This document shows, piece by piece, positions 11,894 to 26,300 of a stretch of DNA of 64,000 bases; within the stretch, counting starts at the first letter, position 1, and each line of letters starts with the position of its first letter. The notes beneath the pieces were generated by a model that saw only the letters and a list, made by a program, of their open reading frames with translations, did not search any database and was not told the DNA's origin. The translations under genes were made by a program, and so were the position numbers. This stretch comes from Octopus vulgaris (Eukaryota), in assembly GCA_951406725.2 (NCBI GenBank), contig OX597815.1, positions 172,236,001-172,300,000 of the forward strand. Reading direction: 5' to 3'.

Positions 11894-14800
11894 TGATGAT
11901 GATAATATCAAAAAATACCTTAGGAATGAGAACCCAGATTTAAAATTTCCCCAAGACAACTGATGAAGGCTGGAGGGTATATCAGCTGTAACGTTGTGTT
12001 TAACAACAAACAAGATGAGGACAAATATCTGTCAAATGTAAATAATGTACGTTATTCCTCATCTCTTAAATATAGAAATGATTTTATTTATTTTACCTAC
12101 TTTTAAAAATCTTTAATCTACTTGTGCAGGATTTTGACCTACTTTTAATGCAAGTTTATAAAATTTGGAAAAACATTTAGAAAGGCTTGATTGATTTTTT
12201 CTTTTATATTTGATTACTTTTTTTTATTATTATTTTTTTTTTCAGTTTTATGCATGCTTCTCTTACATAATGCCACTCTGTTTCACAGGTTAGGTGACCT
12301 TCTGCTCCACCTATAACAAACAATATGTTTGTAGATTTGTTCCAGCTATATTTAAGTCAATATTTGAGAGTTACTTTGACATTTTTATACCATGTTATCA
12401 AATACAAGATGTTCAGCAGTGCATTTTTCATAGCAGAATTAACATCAAAAAGAGTTCATTTTATTCGTTTTAAAATTCTTGACAACTTTTGTGTCACAAA
12501 GTACAAACATCAACAATCAAAAACCCATATCTCACTCTACTGCATACACAAGTAAGAGTACAATGTGACGATGAGTTCGATTAATTAAATCTTAATATGG
12601 TACTTGACCCCCAACACAACACCTGTCTCACTCAAGCCAACGAGGAAGCCTATAAGTGGCAGTTCAGTCTGCTAAAAATAGTAACCAAATCTTATTCACA
12701 TAAGTCGACCATCCCCCAAAAACAAAGGTCACATTGGACATGTTCTAGAAGCACTGCATCTGGAAGAAACCTGAGGATAGTTGTGGTTAGAACGCTTTTA
12801 TTCCTAGGTCAACTTAGACATGAACAGCAACAATTCTTTTCCCTTTAGGACAGCATCCTTATTTGACAGCAGTTCTGTGCATCTTTAGGTATCACCTCTT
12901 GCTTAATCATTTACCTATAAACATTTTTCTAGTCAAAGTAAGCCATTTAAGACAGCTTGTAATTTTTTACTGGACATTTATACTGGATATAAATATGCTT
13001 AAATAATGTTATTTTCTTGCCCATGGTCAGTCAAATGGTGTTTCACTCATATTTCATTTTGGTTGTTTTGGAACTATTCTCTTCTGAAGTGTGTATTAGA
13101 GAATTATATCCTGTTGCCCATTTGAGTCTATAGAAATTTGGCTCTCAGGGTGCTTTCTGAAATTACTGATATAATTGGCATCACTTCTAAAACATCGATT
13201 CAGAGAATAGTTCAATTTAGCATACACCTATAGGACCCAGCATGTTATGAAATGAGTAAAGGGTATGATTATCAAATGTGATGCCAACCAATTATTAGTG
13301 CAAAATATAATACTGGGATGCTATTGAGAACATTTCAGATTTTGAAGAGTCAATTGCTCTCTTTTCTTTTCTATGAGAAATCCGTACTCGAGATAATTTC
13401 ATGCTATGATATGTAACAGAATAAATTACATGTTTAAGCTTGCACCGTAAACATAAATTAATTAAATGCACTCTTTTTTGTTTTTAAATTTCACTAGGAA
13501 TAGGAAAAGGGGTGTCAGCTGGACAAGTTTCAATTGTTATTGTGATTTCATCAGTAACTTAATTACTTTCTCTAGGTATTCATAGTTATATTATATTTTT
13601 AGCTACTATTAGTAAACTGGATATAGATAATTTGATGGGTAAATTACTAACCTGTGTTAATTTTGTATACTATGATATACTTTAGAATAAACCTTGTGGA
13701 TTCAATACTGTACTGCATATGTAAATTAATTATAATTTATTAAATGCTCTGATACTAAAAAATGACAGCCTTTATATATATATAGATATATATATAGTTA
13801 GAATTTACAGAAAAACAAAAGCCATAGACAGGTGTATAAACAACAAACAGGTGTATTAGTTTAATGCTCCGAAGGTGAGTAAGTCTTTTACGTTTCAAGC
13901 CTATGCTCTTCAATAGAAAGGAACATGAGAAAATAAACAGAGGGAGAATTAAAATAGCTTTAGTAACTAGTGGTCAATCATTGTGGCTACCTGGACAAAG
14001 GTGGTTAAATATGAGAGCTAGGAAGAAGGGAAGATAATAAATTATTGGTGATCCCAAAACGAAGGTGTGTGCATGTGTATGTGAGAGTGTGTGTGTTCAT
14101 GTGGATAAGGGCTGGTGACCTTCATGTGTGCATGTGTGTGTGTCTGTAATGTGTTGGTGTGAGGATGATGGCGTGGGTTCTGGGAAGTGATCAGTGCTAG
14201 TGTGTGTGGGGTGGTGTGATGTGGTGTGGCATAATGTGGTGTGGTGGTGTGATGTGGTGTGGCATAATGTGGTGTGGTGGTGTATGGTGTGGTGTGGGTG
14301 TTGAGAAGTGGTCAGTGCTAGTGTGTGAGGAGTGCGTGATGTGGTGTAGTTGTGTGTGGTGTGGCGGTGTGTGGTGTGGTGTGGTAGTGTTGGGGTGTGG
14401 GGATGTGAGGGTGGGGTGTGGGAATGTAAGGGTAGGGTGTGGGTTTAGGGTGAGGATGTGGGGTAGGGTTGGGTATGTGGGAATGGGATGTAAGGGTGCA
14501 GTTTGTGGGAGTGGGATGTTTGGGGGTTGTGTGGGGTGGTGGGGTTGGGATGTGTTGGGATGGTGGGGTTGGGATGTGTAGGGACGGCTTGTGGATGGAG
14601 GGGTAATGATGAAGAGAGGAAAGAGGAGGGGAGTCAGATGAAGAGGGAAGGGGAGTTGAGCTCATGTGGTGCAAAGGAGCAAAGAGAGAAGATTAATTCT
14701 TGTTCATGGTGAAGGTGGGTGTCTGGATGGCCCCTGTGCAAAGACAATCCAAACACAGACAGGTGTTGTAATGAATGACCAGTAGAGTGGAAATGGCATG

Positions 14801-17800
14801 AGACCAGGGTGTCATTGCCAAGTCTAATATATATATATATACACACACACACACTTGACAAAGAGTCATGCTGGAAACGTTATACACCCACTCATTTTTC
14901 CATCTTATACTGAGCATCAAGCAAATACATTTCATAAGTATGTCCTTTTGACTTTTGTTGTTTTTTATTTATAATTTCCGATTTGCCTATATATATGTGT
15001 ATGCGTGTGTGTGTGTGTGTGTGTGTGTCTGTCTGTCTGTGTGTGTGTGCACGTGTGTATGTGTGTGTTTGTGTTTGTATAATCTCACTGTTAACGCAAA
15101 AAGAGGGTTCAGCTAGATTAATTTCAAGTCAATAATTTGTATAAGTTCAGCCCACTTTGTAATTTTAAAATATCCTAAGCACTGTATACTTGAATAAATA
15201 TCTAAAAAATATTGTCAAACTCTTCACTTTTAATATGCTCTCCAAGAAATATATCCAGAAGCAAATTAATCCTTGAAAGAAGTTTTAATTTTGATTTATA
15301 AACATTTTAAATTAACGTTTAATCATTATTCTAATATGACTGTTGGACTTGGAATCGCATCATTTTTTTTTTTCATTATTATTAATTTGCTTTCATGTAT
15401 AATGTTTAATTAAAATATTTCAATTTCATATTTCATAAATTGTAGCCTTTCAGAAACTAAAAGCAAAAAAGAAATTATGGTGTGTATTTGAAGAAAAGAA
15501 ATGCCAGTTGCTATGTTACAAGAATGAACAAGAATCATTAAAAGGATCTCCGACAGACATCATGAATATAAAAGATTCTGCAATTATATTGGACATGGAA
15601 CGACAAAACCAGTTTGTCATTATGTAAATATCACAAGCTTTATAAATTATGAATAGAGAGGCTTCATTTTATAAACAGATTCTTTCAATTTGCTACACCA
15701 AGTACATAAAATATACATCACCCTTAATGTTGACCATTTAATTCTTGACAATGATTTTACTTAGATTAGAATTTTATTTTAAATGTTTTGACAGTCAAAA
15801 GACCTAAGAGTAATTTTCAGTGAAGTTCTTTTGTTTAAACTGAAAAACAAAAACAAGTGTAGATATATATATGTATATATTAGACTTGGTAATGACACCC
15901 CAGTCTCATGCCATTTCCGCTCTACTGGTCATTCATGACAACACCTGTCTGTGTTTGGATTGTCTTTGCACAGGGGTCATCCAGACTCCCACCTTCACCA
16001 TTCCTATGTTAAAACTGTGTAATTTGCAATAGAAAGAGCTTTCAACTCTAACAGCTACTTCTCCAACAGCACTTGCAGTTATGAGCCAGTGAAGGAACCG
16101 CAGCATCAAGGATATCAAAATCATTTACTCTAGTCAGCCAAATATAAGATGAGTATATAGAATTCAGGACAGATAACATAACTATGTTGGAACAGATTGC
16201 AATCACTTTAAAAATAAGGAACGTGAATTTATTCCACATTCATGTTAACAAACAAGTAAACAAAATTAGTTATGAAATTATCTTAATTACTCTGTCGCGT
16301 ATCTTGTACTACTGCTCTTTGATACTTGATTTAATCAATATATCAACTTTTGGCACCAAAGACTGAACTGTAGCCACTTTTAGTCTTGATATGAGGAGTA
16401 GGGTGAAACTAAAGTCAAAACTTATTCAAGCCCATAATATAATTGTTCACAGTTACATGTGTTACTGAGCATTAACTTAATTTCTGAGGCCAAACATTTA
16501 ATCTTGATATAATTTAGTACAAGATATTGATAAAATGTGCTGATAATGACTCTCGAAAAACTTATTCTTCAACACAGAATTACATGGGTCTCAATTAATT
16601 CAAATCAGAAATGTTCTGATACCTAACTGACACTAACAGAGAAGGTATCCTGAAAAATAGGAAAAATCATTCTGAAAGATTTATAAAGTAAGCAGTCTTT
16701 CTTGAAATTTATTCATCCATCTTCTCTGCCCACTATTCCTGAGAGAGTCATGGGACAAAATCCTCAGGCACTTCTTCCATAGAGTCCTATCCAAAGCAAC
16801 TATCATTACACTTTCCTGCTAAATTCTCAAGCATGACCTACTGAAACTATGAATATTAGTCATCTTTCTCACTCATGGTATCATTGGTTTGAAGAATCAG
16901 TTTTAATCTTTCTTGTGACATTCTAATCACACGTCCATATTACCAGAGCTATGACTTCTCAATGTGGAAAAGTAGCGACCATTATTTTTAAAATTTTGAT
17001 GCCCTTTTCTCTGAGTTGAGATTGGCATGAGACACATGTGTCTTGTCACAGAACGTTCAGGTTGTACAGAGTGTAATATTACCATCAAGTAATCGAGGTT
17101 CACACAGGTTAAATTTCTTCTTAAAAACACAGATAAAGTCATATATCCATTACCATTTTTTTGCATCCTTTCAGTTTTGTATTCAAGTCATTTAAATGCA
17201 TTTTGTGCTAGATTATGAACTCATTCATTATCTTTCTTCTCCTGCACACACTTTCTATGTACATGTCTGACAATTGTCTTTCATATACACTGTGCAAGAT
17301 GTGTTATATGTTTTGGTGTTGGGTCAGTTTTTGTAAAATAGTTGTTGTTAACATATGTATAAGCGATCCCTTGAGAATATTGTGAGCTCTTCAGGATTCA
17401 TCAAATGTCAAGTTGGTTCATCTGGGGGAGGGCACTGAGTGTTTAGAGGGTTCGTGATTTTTGTTATAAATAAAATATTTAAACCAGGCACAATATTTAT
17501 ATTTGAAATATATTTTCAAACAAAAATCTTTGTTGGAATTAGAATATGAGTAGGCCATTGAATTATCAGTGAGTACAGATATGACAGATGATGCACCAAC
17601 GGCCAATGTAATTTTGTTGTATAAATCCTCACCATCTTTAGTAATTTCTATAAAAATCTAACATCAAAGTCACTAGTCTGAGCAAGTATCTAAAAGCTGG
17701 CATGTACTAGATGGGGGATAAAAACCATTGTGCAAAATTAGCTAGTTTCTGCTCCTGAAAGGCATAGTCAACCTTGGCAGAATTTGAACTCAGAATGTAA

Positions 17801-18984
17801 AGATGAACTAAATGCTGGTAATGATTCTGTAACAGGATGAGAGATTCCCGCACTGGATGGGTGCATCTCGCATCCCTTACATTAAATATTAATCAAAGAA
17901 AGAGTCAAGACTTCTGATTAACTTCAACAGTATAAATATTTATTCTTAATTCGCAATATAAACATTTCCTTCCACTGGGCGAATTGGCACTATGCCTATT
18001 CAAGCATAGTGGAGAGGCATCACGAGGTAGCAGCTTGAGAGAGCTGATGCAGACACATCTGTCTTGTTCAGCTGCTGGCGTTCAAGAGGGTGATACCAGA
18101 GAATTTTTGCTGCTGCTAGTTTTCTGTGCATGTGTATGAGGGAACTTCCGGCAGGCCTCCTGGAAGACTCCAACCCTGCGCATGCGTTCTGGAGATTTCC
18201 AAGATGGCATCACTTCAATTCTGCCAGCTTGCCACCTTAAGTGCCTATTTTTTAAAAACTTTTATTTTTATTTGTAAAATACCATTCAGTGAAAGGGAAC
18301 ACTGAGGTACAAAAGGTTGAGAACCATTGGTGTAGAGTATGGTTGTGCAGCATTATATTAATAGGCATGTAATGTAAGGTAGGTAAGTTGTTGATTTTAT
18401 AGAAGTGGGTGCTAATTATGCAATAGTATGTATTATATTACTGTATTGTAGAGAGAGGAATATGTGAGTTATGTTATTTTATTGAGTTGTGATAGGCTCT
18501 GTGTTACATGTTTTGTGCAGAGTGTACCAAGTGAGTTTACTGTTGATATCATAATTATTACTATTGTTGATATTCATTATTATTATTAATGAATTCATTG
18601 ATTTGAGATAATGCTTACATTCAATAATATACTCAAAGAAAAATGAAGGAAGAATTGTTACTTATTACTCCCTTTACTATTTGTCAGGTGCAATGGAAAA
18701 GAATACATATTTTGTGCAGAAAATCATGAATCAATGATGATTTGGCTCCTTGGTCTACAGGCAAGTCATATGAATTGTAACTTTTTTTTCAGATAAGCTA
18801 GCTAAATGCACAGAGTGTGACATAAACATTTGTATACATATTGCTTTAATAGTTTATCAAAATAAACCAATACTGCTGATGTTTGTCTATTTCTGTTTTT
18901 GTTTCCTGCAAATAAAAGGGTTCTGAAAATGATTTTGAATATAGTTTGAACATGCTTGTTTGATTATCACTTTTTAAAACCATC

Positions 18985-19023
<39 letters not shown>

Positions 19024-20301
19024 AATAGTTATCGCCATACTAATATGGCAGTCTATAAACATAAGACTAAAGCTGTCGCTGATTAGCTCCAAGAGGCCAC
19101 CGCCTCTAGCTAGCTATATGACACACGAACTTGCATCCATTACAACCTTCGAACAGGGGAGGTCAGCCGCTTCACCTTGCTAGTCAGACATCTGCAGACA
19201 TGTTTCAGGGTTGTTGCCCTTTATCAATGCAGCGTAGTCAGAACCAGCAGGTGTCACTACTGACCGTCTGTTCGAAGATTTTATTTACCTAGTTACAGTG
19301 GAATACATCCACTTGTTTTCAATAATAGAAATATTAAAATTACTAAGTCTCTCTAAAGGAGATTACGGCAGCGTTACTGGATATTAATAGTTATCGCCAT
19401 ACTAATATGGCAGTCTATAAACATAAGACTAAAGCTGTCACTGATTAGCTCCAAGAGGCCACCGCCTCTAGCTAGCTATATGACACACGAACCTGCGTCC
19501 ATTACAACCTTCAAATAGGGGAGGTCAGCCGCTTCACCTTGCTAGTCAGACATCTGCAGACATGTTTCCAGGTTGTTGCCCTTTATCAATGCAGCGTAGT
19601 CAGAACCAGCAGGTGTCACTACTGACCGTCTGTTCGAAGATTTTATTTACCTAGTTACAGTGGAATACATCCACTTGTTTTCAATAATAGAAATATTAAA
19701 ATTACTAAGTCTCTCTAAAGGAGATTACGGCAGCGTTACTGGATATTAATAGTTATCGCCATACTAATATGGCAGTCTATAAACATAAGACTAAAGCTGT
19801 CACTGATTAGCTCCAAGAGGCCACCGCCTCTAGCTAGCTATATGACACACGAACCTGCATCCATTACAACCTTCGAACAGGGGAGGTCAGCCGCTTCACC
19901 TTGCTAGTCAGACATCTGCAGACATGTTTCAGGGTTGTTGCCCTTTATCAATGCAGCGTAGTATTCTACTGTAACTAGGTAAATAAAATCTTCGAACAGA
20001 CGGTCAGTAGCGACACCTGCTGGTTCTGACTATGCTGCATTGATAAAGGGCAACAACCCTGAAACATATCTGCAGATGTCTGACTAGCAAGGTGAAGCGG
20101 CTGACCTCCCCTATTCGAAGGTTGTAATGGACGCAGGTTCGTGTGTCATATAGCTAGCTAGAGGTGGTGGCCTCTTGGAGCTAATCAGCGACAGCTTTAG
20201 TCTTATGTTTATAGACTGCCATATTAGTATGGCGATAACTATTAATATCCAGTAACGCTGCCGTAATCTCCTTTAGAGAGACTTAGTAATTTTAATATTT
20301 C

Positions 20302-20353
<52 letters not shown>

Positions 20354-23300
20354 CAAAATGGGACAAGAATGCAAAACATCCGGACAACTAGGTGATATAG
20401 AAAGGGACAACAAAACATCCAGATAGACGATACAAAAAATAAGGACGGGTCATTTGAAGCCTTTTATCCTCAGTCAAGAACCCGATCATCCTTGCAATTT
20501 TGGCTGATTAATCTTGAGATTACTCCAATCTGGCCAGCCCCAAGGAAAAACTAAGCTAAGAGCATTAGATTCCTTGGAAAAAAGCATCGAATGTATATGA
20601 AAACAAGGACAGAAAAACAGACAATGTTACATGAATATAGATACAAAAATACAATAAAAATAATAATAAATACACATATACATATATAATGTTTCTGATA
20701 ATCATTTTAATTCAAAAAGACAAAAAATTAATGGTTTAAGCTTTGGGAGAATGCATACATAACTTTGTAAAGGAGAATATAGGTTAAGATTGCATGTTAA
20801 TAACCACAACATATTTACTAGCATTAAATAGAATAAATTAACCCCATCGGGCCAATAGAGAACACAAACAGAAAAGTCAAGTTTGAATGACTGACAAACA
20901 AAAGTTAGTATTTACACAAAGATGTCAATGAATGCGTCTTTATATCTGTGTACATTAGCTCAAAGAGAAATTGGAGTGTAAGTTTGTATAAAGTATGTTC
21001 TTTGCCATTACCAGTCAACATGCAAGTCATGCAAGCAAAAATAAGTTTCTGATACCATATGAATGAGAGAGAGAGAGAGATGACTGTAAAAGAATATTCT
21101 TTTAACAGCATTGTAGTGAGGCATATAGCTCTGCTGCAACTATGACAATCTCTATATAAAATGAGAAATCCATACTATTGAGAACAAACAATGAAATTCA
21201 GGTATTTGTATAATACTTGTCTAAAAAAAAGCAAACTTAAGAAAACTATCACTAGCATGTAGTTAAAAGACCCATCATAGATTATAATGGTTTCTAATAT
21301 GTATTATATATACTATATTCCTTAGCAAAGTGCACATACATATTCACATCACAAGCAATATTAAATATTTTAGACAGGGAAACAATATATGAATCTGATT
21401 GCTAAGTAGAACAATTCAGAGTAAAAAAAAAATTAAAGAACATAAATGTGTGAGAAATGTAAAAGGACTCGCCTCAGAAGATGGTTTTCAGTTTCTGGTT
21501 CAAATGTGCCATTGATGGACATAAAACTGTAGTCAGGGGAACATGGTATACAAGTAGTGGATCTATAATCTGTTGGCAGAGCATTCAAGAGGGTGGGGTT
21601 GTACAATAAGAGTATTTGGAATGTGCTGACATGATTAAGAATTGGTCAGATGATACAATGAGTTTCGATACAATGATGGTTATTAAAAAACGGCTGGGTT
21701 TTAAAAGTATAGTCTGAAAGAAGAAGCTATTTAAAATTTGTACACTTTCCAAGGCATGAGAAGTACTGTGGTTGTTTAGCTTGAGTAACTGTCAAAACCT
21801 AAAGAAAAATGCAGCACAGAATTTTGTCAGTGAACAGGTCACAGTCTCAAAGAGACGAAAATATTTTGACAAATTAAATCTATATGTTGAAGTGAATCTA
21901 ACGGCTTTTGTGTGTTTCTTAAATGGCTTATAAACACCTTCCACGCTGCAATTGTTTTCATTCCAGCACACAATCTCAGATCAGGTCACTTGCTATGCAA
22001 ATACATCTCCGTAACTAAAGAAAAATGTTGAGTGGGAAAGGAATTATAGAGATGGAAATGAGATTCTTGTGCACAGTAGTTGGTATGAAGTTTGGTTAGG
22101 GTGACAAGAGAAGAGATGTGTGTGGAGTGGGGGTAATTATACAATTTGATAGTCTAGAGCAGGATTTCTCAACCATTTTTTATCTATGGACTCCTTTCAT
22201 TACTATTTTATTCTGGTGGAACCTCGTAACCTTTTGATGTTTAAAAACTAGTTTTATAGAAACTTCTTCCAAAATTCTTATTTTGTATTTCACACATTAG
22301 CTTGTGTAGGCTGAACCATGTAAAATATTAGAGAAAGAAATTCAGCTGTTTCTTGCGATACATACCAATATACAACTAAAGCAAAACTTTTTCAAGGGCC
22401 CTTAAAATATTATTGTTTACTATTCTGTTGCATGGACCCTCAAAAATCTTATATGAATCCTCAGGAGCCATGTGGACCCTGATTTAGAACCATTGGTCTT
22501 GAGAAACAAATGCTATTGTAGTGCAGTAACAAACGCAAATAGGAAAAGTAGTGAATTTGTGGAATAACAGTTGAAGTTTGTGAGTGAGAGAATTTTTGAC
22601 AATCTACTAGGTGATGTTCATTTGGGTGTAATCTAGGATGTTTATGTATATCATCCCATATATGGGAACAATATTCTATTTTATGTCTGATTTTGATTTT
22701 AGAGCAGAGCAAATTTTTAGAGCTGAAATATTTCATGCTTCTGAAGAATAAGGACAGTCTTTAGATTAAAATTCTTGCTATGCTGAGAACAGGAACTAAG
22801 CAAAAGTGACTTTCAGAAATTATGAGAACAACATTTGTTGCAACTTTGAGAGTTTTAATTGCTTATTCTCCAAAAGAGTGTGAGGTACAAGATTGCTTTC
22901 TTGACATATGTAGTGAATGTATCTTTGTGAAGTTAAAAGAAAAAAGATTGCCATGTCTCCATTAGTGAATGTTTTGGGTAGGATCACTATTCATTTTATG
23001 CTTATACTAGCTAATGCAAAGAGATTAGAATGGTAAACTTTCTTACCAATAGTGTTAATATATTGTGAGTTAATATTTAGGGACCAAGAAGAGTTTATAT
23101 ACATTGAGTGACCAAGGACAATAATTTTAGAGAAAAGTGAAACAGATGACATGTAATGGAAAACATGAAACAGTCAAATAGTTGATGGTGACTGGAGGAG
23201 TTTAAAGAGCTGTGTAGACAGCAAATAAACATAAAGAAATAGGGGAAGAGAGACCTTGTACCAGTAATTGGAAGTCCAACTGAGAAGCAAATGATAGGAA

Positions 23301-26300
23301 GAAGGGATTTTTCTTTCTTTATTTGTTTCAGTCATTCGACTGTGGCCATGCTGGAGCACCACCTTTAGTCAAGCAAATTGACCCCAGGACTTATTCTTTG
23401 TAAGCCCAGTACTTATTCTATCCACTCACAAGGCTTTGGTTGGCCCAAGGCTATATTAGAAGACACTTGCCCAAGGTGCCATGCAGTGGGACTGAACCCG
23501 GAACCATGTGGTTGGTAAGCAAGCTACTTACCACACAGCCACTCCTGCAGATTCTATATACACTACATGCAGGCACTATGTTTCAGAGAAAAGTTGGAGT
23601 ATAGAGTATAGCCTGGACAGCAGAGATGAGTCAAAGATAAAAACTGGAAAGGAGATAAAAATCAATACCATTTCCTGCAAAGTAAATTTCAATTTTAGTT
23701 GATTACAACGGCTAAAACAATTATTTTATCAAATCAATAAGTCAATGTCAAACTATTTTCAGAGATTGTCAAGCTGACAAAGTTTTTAAGCTGTGACTTG
23801 CAGTTAAGCCATCTGGTAGCTTTGACATATAATACACTTTTAAGCATTAACATAATAATGTTTATCTGATTTGAATAGTTTTCTTTACAGTCTTGAATCA
23901 ATTTCTTTCTCCCTTGTAGTTCAAACCTGAAATATCAAACAATGTCACACATGTTTTTAACAATGACGCAGGAGTGGCTGTGTGGTAAGTAGCTTGCTAA
24001 CCAACCACACGGTTGCAGGTTCAGTCCCACTGCGTGGCATCTTGGGCAAGTGTCTTCTGCTATAGCCCCGGGCCGACCAATGCCTTGTGAGTGGATTTGG
24101 TAGACGGAAACTGAAAGAAGCCTGTCGTATATATGTATATATATATATGTATGCGTGTGTTTGTGTGTCTGTGTTTGTCCCCCTAGCATTGCTTGACAAC
24201 CGATGCTGGTGTATTTAGGTCCCCGTCACTTAGCGGTTCGGCAAAAAGAGACCGATAGAATAAGTACTAAAAGGTGGTGCTCCAGCATGGCCGCAGTCAA
24301 ATGACTGAAACAAGTAAAAAGTAAAAGAGTAAAGAGTAATGATTTCTACTTTTCTTCTTAATAACATTACTTTTGTATCAGCAGCCAATGGGCAGAGGTG
24401 TCGGAGCATTGGATAGATCGGTTTGCAGTATTCATTACAGACTTCTTTACTTTGAATTCAAATCCTGCTGAGATCAACTTAGCCTTTCATCTTTTCGGGG
24501 TCAATAAGTAAAGTATTATTACTGTACTGGAGCCACTTTTCTTACTGCTTCTTTTTCTCTGTCCACCTTTTTTTCTTCTGAAAGAAATTAGCTGTGACCA
24601 GACCTAGAGAGCTCTTAAAATTCACAAGACATGCCATATACCTCAATAGGGCCCGCTATGACTCCTTCAAAGAGTTAAGAGCCCTGGGGAAAAATTTTAC
24701 TATCATTTATTTTCAAAGGCCTCACAGGCATTACTATGCGGTTAAGAAACTTGCTTTACACCTATGGGCAAGTATCTTTAATTATAGCCATGAGCTGACT
24801 AATGCTTTGTGAGTGAATTTGGTTGATAGAAACTGTACGGAAGCCCATCATTTGTGTGTGTGTGTGTGTCTTTGTATTTGTTCCCAACTACCATTGTTTG
24901 ACAACTGGTGTTGGTTTGTTTATAGCTCCATAACTTAGCAGTTTGGCAAAAGAGACCAATAGAATAAGTAACAGACTTTAAGAATATGTACTGGGGTCAA
25001 TTTGTTGGCGTGATTTTTACAGCTGGATGCCCTTCCAAATGCCAACCACTTCACAGGGTGAACTGGATGCTTTTACATGGCACCAGCACCGGCAGGGTCA
25101 CCAAGTAACTTGCAAGACAAGGAATTTTGAGAGGGGAGGGGGCATTGTGCCAGAGGGGATCTTGTGCCAGATGATGAAAGGTTAGTGTCTTGTATATTAC
25201 TTGTGTTACACAGGACAGGCAAAAGGTTAATACTCTCTAACTGCACTCAGAGTTCAGATCTTGCTTAGGTCAACTTTACTTTCATCTTTTAGGGGTGGAT
25301 AAAAAGTACAAATTCAATGCAATGGATTAGTGGAACAGCAAGGACATCAGATGGGATGCTTTGCAATATTTATTCAGCTCTTTGCATTCTGAATTCAAAT
25401 CTCACCTTGGCCTTCTTGCATGGTACACTTAATCTGTTACCCAGTTTAACACCACCTGGTTCATTGGGTACCTTGGTCAGAATCCATTCTGTTACAAGAA
25501 TTCAATCCAGGTCGCTGACTAAGGATGTCTCTCCCACATATTTTTGAGGCTCTGTAGTAAGTCATAATCACAGTCTTCTTTCCTGACTAAAAGATAAAAA
25601 AAATAAGGGTACATGATCTGAAAATTTTGGAGATGAGGTGGGTAGTTGTTTACATTAACCCCAGTGCTCATCATCATCATCATCATCGTTCAACATCCGT
25701 TTTCCATACTAGCATGGGTTGGACGGTTCAACCGGGGTCTGTGCCAGGCTCCAGTCTGATTTGGCAGTGTTTCTACTGCTGGATGTACTTCTTAACGCCA
25801 ACCACTCTGTGAGTGTAGTGGGTGCTTTTAATGTGCCACCAGCACAGGGGCCAGAGAAGGCTGGCAAATGGCCACGATCGGTTGGTGCTTTTTATGTGTC
25901 ACCGATATGAACGCCACTTAGGCGGTGCTGGCATCGGCCACATTCGGAAGGTGTTTTTACATGCCACCGGCACAGGTATCTTAACTACAATTTCCATTTG
26001 ATTTTCATTTTGATGTTGGTGTTAACGTACTTGACTCAATAGGTCTCCTCAAGCACAGCAGGCTGCCCTACGAACCAGGGTTAGCTGCAGGTCATCCTGC
26101 AAGCCATGAACTCACTTCATTTGTCGGGTCTTCAAAGTCACAGCATATCTCCAGAGATCTCGGTCTTTCGTCATAGCCTCTGTGAGGCCCAACATACGAA
26201 GGTCACACTTGACCTTTATTGATCCTGAAAGGATGAAAAGCAAAGTTAACCTTGGTGGAATTCAAACTCAGCACATAAAGCCAGAAGAAATGCAGCTAAG

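Noticed and set aside
14204-14712. Gly/Cys/Trp-rich and His/Pro-rich ORFs
   Set aside because: Low-complexity GT-rich tract within the Penelope-like element's UTR.
16927-17640. Possible DNA-transposase remnant on the minus strand
   Set aside because: Too many stops and no diagnostic motif I can identify with confidence.
20350-20660. Another hammerhead (CTGAGGA on the minus strand) in a TA-flanked repeat
   Set aside because: No GAAA strand or stem pairing could be completed in this copy.
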